Below are positions 26,903 through 32,387 of a stretch of 32,387 nucleotides of DNA, piece by piece. The stretch lies in sequence record DRR723986_1791; one strand, given 5' to 3'. Below the pieces are notes generated by a model that was not told where the DNA came from, made no database searches, and saw only the letters and a list, made by a program, of their open reading frames with translations. The translations under genes were made by a program, and so were the position numbers. The number at the start of each line of letters is the position of its first letter. The stretch's first letter is position 1.

Positions 26903-29509
26903 TCAGAACCTCCGTTTCAGGCCGAAGCTGAAGACTGTACCAATATTATAGGTGTCAACGAGGATTTTGTCGCCACCACGCTCCTGGTAGGCTTCGTAGC
27001 CTTCCCCAAAGATATTGTCGACGCCCAGAGAGAATTCATATTCACCTGAGCCCATTTCGAAGCCCTTGTTCCAGACGAAGCTGACCGTGGTCGGTGGCTG
27101 CTCCAGAATTGCAGGCAAGTTGCGTGCAAGAACCTCACCAGAGCGGATACGCTCGCTGACATAGTTCACGAGGAGGTTCATTTCGGACTTCGCCTCTTCG
27201 TTCAGAAGTCCGATCTGCAGGTTGAACAAGTGCTCGGACTGCCCCTGCAGACGCCGGCCATCCTCAATACGGCCAGAAGCAGCAGTAGTCCCGCGGATCG
27301 GGTTGAGATTCGTGCCGACGTTAAAGGCAACTTCACCCTCCGCGCTCACTTCGGAGTCAGACCAAGTATAGTTGGTTTTCACCTGAAGGTCACGACTATT
27401 GAAGAAGTTCATTCCGGTCCATTGCGCCATCGGCAGGATCTGCTCGTATTCGACTTCTACGCCGAACAGTTTTGCAGACGGGGCGTTGATGAAGGTCGTT
27501 TGCAGGGTTTCTGCCGGAACGAGGATCTCCTCTATCGGGTTTGCCATCTCCTTGTAGAACAAGCCGATCGTCGCAAACTGGCTGCGAGCAAAATAGTATT
27601 CCGCGCGCAGGTCATAGTTCTTGATCTCAGCATTCACCAGGTACGGGTTACCAAAGAAGTTGGCATCGGTTTCGGTGTTTACAAATACTGCCGGAGCCAG
27701 TTCTCGGAACTGCGGACGGGTCAGCGTTTCGGAATAGCCGGCCCGCACCTGCAGGTCTTCAACCGGGTTCCAGGTGATCGTCGCGGCCGGGAACCAGTTC
27801 TGCTCATCAATGACTGCTTCGACAAAATTGTTCGAAAGGTCACCGCCGATCACTTGGGTGTCGACTGCCTGGATCGCATCCTCAAAACGCACACCAAGTG
27901 CCGCGCGGATGTAAGGGGTCAGCTGCGTGTCGACGCCGGCGTAAGCAGCATCAGTTTCAAGCGTTGCCACGTAGTATTGTGGGAATTGCTCACCCGCGAT
28001 CTCGGTAACAGAGCCGAGATTGTTGGCGAAGAGGTAGGCATAGATGTAGTCCAGACGGTTCAGACCGTCGGTCGCACCCGTACCGTTGATATCATAGATG
28101 AACGCCCGCGCTTCACGATCATTTTCTGCGTACGCGTAGCCAAATTTGAAATCAGTTTCGCAGAACAAGGTGCAATCGCCACTGCGGGAGAAAGGCAGCG
28201 TGGCGTCAATACCGAAATCAGTCGTATCGTCATCAACACGGCTAAACTGGAAGCGGTTCGCAGACGAACTGGACGAAAGGCGAGTCACACCCTGATCGTT
28301 GGTGATATAAATGTTTGACAGCTGGTAAGGCGCATCCCGCACAGCTTCCGAGTAGGACCCGCGCCACTCAATCTTCAGATCATGCAAGTCCCGGAAAAAA
28401 TGCTCACCCTGGACCTGGGTGGACCAGAGTTGCTGTTCGAACCATTCCAAAGCGTCCACACGCTCCAGAACGGATTCTTCGTTCAAACCCTCAACGATCC
28501 GAGCCTCTTTTTCCGTAGAGCGGGTTACCAGGCCGGTAAACTTGATCTCATGATCAGAGAACAGATCGAAACCGACGGTCGCCAAAGCGTTCGTGTCAAT
28601 TGTGTTCTGCGTGCTGGAGCGCGCCTGATCGTAAAACACGCCCAGCCCATCGCCCTGCGAAAAGCCATAGCCACGACGTCCATTCTTGATCACCCAGGAA
28701 TTGCCATAACCAAACGAACCGATCACCCCCATGGAAATGTCGTCGGAGAGGTCAAAACGGTCACCCCCTGTGATGTTTCCGCTGAAGTTCGGAGCAACTT
28801 CGCCACGTTGCATGACTAGGAGCGAGGAATTGTCGGTGAGCTCGGAACCAAACTGTGTGGTCAGTCCGTTTTCGATGGATGGACGATCACGCGTACCATC
28901 ATCAAAACCGGTCCAGTCCTGCGCACCGCCGTCGTACAGGAGCCCATTTTTCCAAGTCGTATCATCGACATAGTCAGCGCCGATATCGACTGTAAGGAAA
29001 GCTTCGTCCGGGATCGCTTTAGTCCGCAGATCCACAATGCCACCACCGAATTCACCCGGCAGGTTCGGCGAATAAGTTTTCTGCACCAGAACACTTTTAA
29101 GCGACGAAGTCGGGAACAGGTTCAGCGGCACAACGCGGCGCAGCGGAGCTGGGCTTGGCAGGGGCGAACCATTGAGAAGCGCCGTAGAGTAACGCTCATT
29201 CAGGCCGCGAACATAGATGAATTCGTCTTCGGCAGTGGCGATACCGGCAACGCGTGCTAGCGCGGCAGCGGCATCACCATCCCCTTGCAGGGAAAAGTCA
29301 CCCTCGTCGATCAGGGACGAAACTTCCGAAGTGTTCCGCTTCTCATCTGGAATGAAGAGACCACGGACAACGACGGTTTGCTGGCGAGCCTCTGCCTCGA
29401 CTGGCGCGTCTTCCGTCTCAGGCGCAGCATCCTGAGCAAATGCGGGCATGACACAGGCCAGGCAGACACCTGAGAAGAGGAGTGAACGGGCAGACAGGAG
29501 AGGTTTCAT
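26903..29509 (-). CDS. TonB-dependent receptor
   Basis: ATG 29509 after AGGA, signal peptide ending AFA|Q, TonB-box-like QTVVVRG, plug YVRGLNERYS...KTYSPNLPGEFGGG, barrel motifs RAGYSETLTRPQFREL, GNPYL, terminal Phe. Confidence 0.96.
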   Translation of the reverse strand: MKPLLSARSLLFSGVCLACVMPAFAQDAAPETEDAPVEAEARQQTVVVRGLFIPDEKRNTSEVSSLIDEGDFSLQGDGDAAAALARVAGIATAEDEFIYVRGLNERYSTALLNGSPLPSPAPLRRVVPLNLFPTSSLKSVLVQKTYSPNLPGEFGGGIVDLRTKAIPDEAFLTVDIGADYVDDTTWKNGLLYDGGAQDWTGFDDGTRDRPSIENGLTTQFGSELTDNSSLLVMQRGEVAPNFSGNITGGDRFDLSDDISMGVIGSFGYGNSWVIKNGRRGYGFSQGDGLGVFYDQARSSTQNTIDTNALATVGFDLFSDHEIKFTGLVTRSTEKEARIVEGLNEESVLERVDALEWFEQQLWSTQVQGEHFFRDLHDLKIEWRGSYSEAVRDAPYQLSNIYITNDQGVTRLSSSSSANRFQFSRVDDDTTDFGIDATLPFSRSGDCTLFCETDFKFGYAYAENDREARAFIYDINGTGATDGLNRLDYIYAYLFANNLGSVTEIAGEQFPQYYVATLETDAAYAGVDTQLTPYIRAALGVRFEDAIQAVDTQVIGGDLSNNFVEAVIDEQNWFPAATITWNPVEDLQVRAGYSETLTRPQFRELAPAVFVNTETDANFFGNPYLVNAEIKNYDLRAEYYFARSQFATIGLFYKEMANPIEEILVPAETLQTTFINAPSAKLFGVEVEYEQILPMAQWTGMNFFNSRDLQVKTNYTWSDSEVSAEGEVAFNVGTNLNPIRGTTAASGRIEDGRRLQGQSEHLFNLQIGLLNEEAKSEMNLLVNYVSERIRSGEVLARNLPAILEQPPTTVSFVWNKGFEMGSGEYEFSLGVDNIFGEGYEAYQERGGDKILVDTYNIGTVFSFGLKRRF

Positions 29510-29572
29510 TTTGATTTTCCTGAACCTTGGCGGCACTTTCAGGCCGCTGAAAAAAGTATTGCTCTGAACGCG

Positions 29573-29606
29573 AAAAGGTGGAGCGGCTGATACGCGCCGC
29601 CCCACC
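29573..29606 (-). terminator. Stem-loop with short U tract between the large duplicated protein gene and the TBDR gene
   Basis: Minus strand GGTGGGGCGGC-gcgtatca-GCCGCTCCACC-TTTT: 11 bp stem with one G:U pair, starting 18 nt after the stop codon. Confidence 0.7.
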
Positions 29607-29624
29607 CGATCGAATGCCCGCGGC

Positions 29625-32387
29625 TTAGTTCGCCGAGGTCAGGTTACCCGTCTGGTCGACTGACCAGCCAAGGAACCAGGTGTCGTTCGCGTCTTCGACA
29701 GCACCGACGTACGAAGTGGCTTCAAGTTCGCCGATACCCGTAACGTCGAAAACAGGGACAGCATTCTCGTTAGCACCCGGGACGACACCCGGACGGCCTG
29801 AACGGAACGTGAAGCCCGAAGTCGTGATCGGCTGACCGGTCACCAGATTGTTTGCCGCTGTGAAGGTCGGCTCGGCGGCATCTGTTTCCAGGTCATCACC
29901 ATTGCCCGAAAGGAACAGCGACTGGATCTGAAGAGTGCCACCATTGGCGTTGGCAATCGTGATGTCGTCGTCAACATCCAGACCCGCGTCCGGCCAGCCA
30001 AGGATGATGCCGTTGGCAATCGTACCTTCCATACCGCGGCGCAGGACTGCACCGGTATCAGCCGTCGCATCACCACCTGAGATGATGGTGAAGTTCGAGA
30101 CACGCGGGGCCGAAACCGGGGTTGCGGAGTTGTTGCTGGACAGGTTGTCACCTTCTATACCGCGCGGGTCATCGGAGAGACCGCCGGTTGCCGAGGATAC
30201 GCCGCCATAGACGATTGCGTACTGCAGCGACCCCTGGAAGCCATCGGTCCAGTCGAGGCTGTCGTCACCGCAGCCTGTCGACAGGAGGTGCTTCGCGTTG
30301 ACCGTGCCGCCGAAGAATTCGAAGCAGTCGTCAAGGTTGTTGTAAACCTGAACGTAGTCGACTTCTGTTCCATTACCGACGCCCTGGAAAGCAATGCCAT
30401 TCAGTTCGTCTGTATTGGTCAGTCGAGTGCCAGCGTACTGGACACGGGTATAGAAAAGCTGACCGGAGTCGTCGCTCGACGTAGCCCCACCGAAGAATCC
30501 GGAGGAACCCTCGCCAGACTTCTCACAATCGACAGTGCCACCCGTCGCCGTGCCGTCTTCACAAGCGTTGATCGGCGCGCGGCCGTTGATGACCACACCC
30601 CCCCAGATGCCTTTGGTATCCTGGTCCAGCGTAACAGTGCCCTCTACAACTCCTTTCGCGGTGAACACGACCGGTCGGTCTGCCGTGCCATTGGAAAGGA
30701 TACGCGAGCCGCGACTGATGACCAGGTAATCATCATTACCTTCAGCTACAATTGTCACGCCAGCATCGATGGTTAGGGTTGCGCTTGCTGAACCGGCCCG
30801 CGGCGCCGCAGGATCCGGCCCCTGGTCCACACCAATGAAGACCGGGTTTACCAGTTCGTAGATCAGCTGGTCACCATTCGACAGACGCAGGTTGGACGTG
30901 ATCGCGTTGCTACCATCGATTTGGCAAAGCTTCTTCCCGTCCAGTGTTCCGTTCTGTGTCGTGCCGGTAGGGCAATTTGCTTCAGAAACATCGAACAGTG
31001 TGCCAGCAGTCGTAAAGTTTGCCCAGTTGCTGGAAACGGTTTCCGTCGGGCTGAATGCGCCGATGTAAGTGGTCGCATCGAAGAAAGTGTCCGCGGACAG
31101 AGCCGTAGAAACCGGAACTGCCAGTTCTTGCTGACCCGGGAACAGACCGTCGACCAGCGTGTTGTTGCCGGTACGAACATTGGCGGAAGCCGGGATGGTT
31201 GGCACGCCATCGGTGTCACCTTCGAAATTCGTTGTGTTGTCGAGGTAGAGGCTCTCGATAACCAGGTCACCATTGGTGTAGTTGTCGAAGGTCTGGGTGT
31301 TGTCGACGTCGAGGCCTGACGCAAAGCCGGTCACGATGCCATTGACGATTTTACCCTGGGTACCACGGCGCAGCAGGATACCTTGCTGGTTGCCGGCGGT
31401 ACCGACCAGAGTGAAGTTCGAAATGCTGGGGTTCGAGAACGGCGTTGCATCGTTTGGCGAGGACAGGTTGTCAGCCTCAATACCGCGTGGATCGTCGGAG
31501 CTAGGCACGGTCGATTTCACGACAGCGTACTGCAGCTTACCCGCCCAGCCGTCAGTCCAGTCGATGGAATCATCACCTGCGCCGGTTGCAACGAAGTATT
31601 TCACATTAACAGTGCCGCCGAACCACTCGACGGCGTCGTCAAGGTTGTTGTGGACCTGGATGTGGTCAACCGTCGTGCCGCTGCCGACGCCTTGGAAGGC
31701 AATACCATTCAGTTCGTCGGTGTTGGTAAGGCGGGCACCGGCATATTCGACCGTGACGTACTGGAGCGTACCAGAACTATCGCCAGGCTGGTCGCCACCG
31801 AACAGGCCGGAGGAGCCTTCACCAGACTTTTCACAGTCGGCGGTGCCGCCGGTTGCAGTGCCGTCTTCGCAGGCGTTGATCGGTGCGAAACCATTCAGAA
31901 CCAGACCACCCCACTGGGCCGTCGAACCAGACTGAATCAGAGCAGAACCGGTCTCTTCATCGTTCATCGCAGCGCGGGATGTAAAGCGGATCGGGTTGTT
32001 TGATGTACCAACAGCATTAATGGTCGAACCGCGGGTCACCACCATGTAGTCGTCAGTCGCCGAAGCCGAGCCACCTGCGGAAGCACCGTAGAAGCGGACG
32101 CCTTCGCCAACGGTCAGAGTGACCGGTGTGCCTGCACCGTCCTTGTTGTCAGAACCGATAAAAACCGGCCCCTGGATAGCGATCGTGGTGTTCGCCGGGA
32201 TAGTGAGGTCGGTCGTGATGGTCGTTGTACCGCTGGAAGAGCCCAGGACGCAAACAGCCGCGTCGGAGAAACCGTCAGCGGCTACTGCATCGAAGGCTGT
32301 CTCGGTCGTACCGGTAGGGCAACCGGCGGCCGGCACCAAGTCGATGGTGACAGAAGCAGGCGGCGGCGGCGGCGGCGGCGGCGGCGG
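29625..32387 (-). CDS. Large internally duplicated, probably exported beta-helix protein (ElpS-like by context); 5'-truncated
   Basis: Frame open to the window edge (PPPPPPPPPPASVTIDLVPAAGC...); two homologous halves with WGG....G.APINAC, ELNGIAFQGVG, NNLDD..E.FGGTVN, GDDS.DWTDG, GIE.DN, LRRG. Signal/lipobox would lie outside the window. Confidence 0.8.
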   Translation of the reverse strand, partial: PPPPPPPPPPASVTIDLVPAAGCPTGTTETAFDAVAADGFSDAAVCVLGSSSGTTTITTDLTIPANTTIAIQGPVFIGSDNKDGAGTPVTLTVGEGVRFYGASAGGSASATDDYMVVTRGSTINAVGTSNNPIRFTSRAAMNDEETGSALIQSGSTAQWGGLVLNGFAPINACEDGTATGGTADCEKSGEGSSGLFGGDQPGDSSGTLQYVTVEYAGARLTNTDELNGIAFQGVGSGTTVDHIQVHNNLDDAVEWFGGTVNVKYFVATGAGDDSIDWTDGWAGKLQYAVVKSTVPSSDDPRGIEADNLSSPNDATPFSNPSISNFTLVGTAGNQQGILLRRGTQGKIVNGIVTGFASGLDVDNTQTFDNYTNGDLVIESLYLDNTTNFEGDTDGVPTIPASANVRTGNNTLVDGLFPGQQELAVPVSTALSADTFFDATTYIGAFSPTETVSSNWANFTTAGTLFDVSEANCPTGTTQNGTLDGKKLCQIDGSNAITSNLRLSNGDQLIYELVNPVFIGVDQGPDPAAPRAGSASATLTIDAGVTIVAEGNDDYLVISRGSRILSNGTADRPVVFTAKGVVEGTVTLDQDTKGIWGGVVINGRAPINACEDGTATGGTVDCEKSGEGSSGFFGGATSSDDSGQLFYTRVQYAGTRLTNTDELNGIAFQGVGNGTEVDYVQVYNNLDDCFEFFGGTVNAKHLLSTGCGDDSLDWTDGFQGSLQYAIVYGGVSSATGGLSDDPRGIEGDNLSSNNSATPVSAPRVSNFTIISGGDATADTGAVLRRGMEGTIANGIILGWPDAGLDVDDDITIANANGGTLQIQSLFLSGNGDDLETDAAEPTFTAANNLVTGQPITTSGFTFRSGRPGVVPGANENAVPVFDVTGIGELEATSYVGAVEDANDTWFLGWSVDQTGNLTSAN
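29628..32321 (-). repeat. Intragenic tandem duplication, two 449-codon units
   Basis: Units begin at CPTGTT (32321 and 30974); near-identical blocks such as APINACEDGTATGGT.DCEKSGEGSSG.FGG and RLTNTDELNGIAFQGVG. Confidence 0.92.
32359..32387. repeat. (GGC)n / (CCG)n trinucleotide tract encoding poly-proline, running off the window end
   Basis: Nine CCG codons plus one CCT in frame with the minus-strand CDS. Confidence 0.95.

Noticed and set aside
27230-28318. 362 aa plus-strand ORF
   Set aside because: Antisense shadow of the TonB-dependent receptor.
29510-29605. N-terminal extension of the TBDR given by the ORF track
   Set aside because: It starts inside the hairpin; ATG 29509 has an RBS and gives a proper signal peptide.

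Overview
GC-rich alphaproteobacterial chromosomal segment; gene content and order suggest Hyphomonadaceae/Caulobacterales (inference). Left to right: 5'-truncated ychF; an NTF2-like gene and an ArsR-like HTH regulator; a divergent catabolic/redox cluster (acyl-CoA dehydrogenase, atypical crotonase, GltD-like Fe-S flavoprotein, 2-oxoacid:acceptor oxidoreductase alpha and beta); two tandem secreted trypsin-like proteases with C-terminal DUF4384-like domains, converging on an unknown lipoprotein; a TetR regulator, a short prepilin peptidase and a degenerate CAP protein; and a ~16.6 kb minus-strand cluster of an internally duplicated, probably beta-helical protein (ElpS-like by context, 5'-truncated in a poly-Pro tract), a TonB-dependent receptor, gspC-N of a type II secretion system and a small lipoprotein. 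No RNA genes, CRISPR arrays or mobile elements were recognised. The best candidates for undescribed biology are the trypsin-DUF4384 pair with its convergent lipoprotein (possible surface proteolytic cascade) and the duplicated protein/TBDR/T2SS module. All domain calls are by-eye motif recognition, not database searches.
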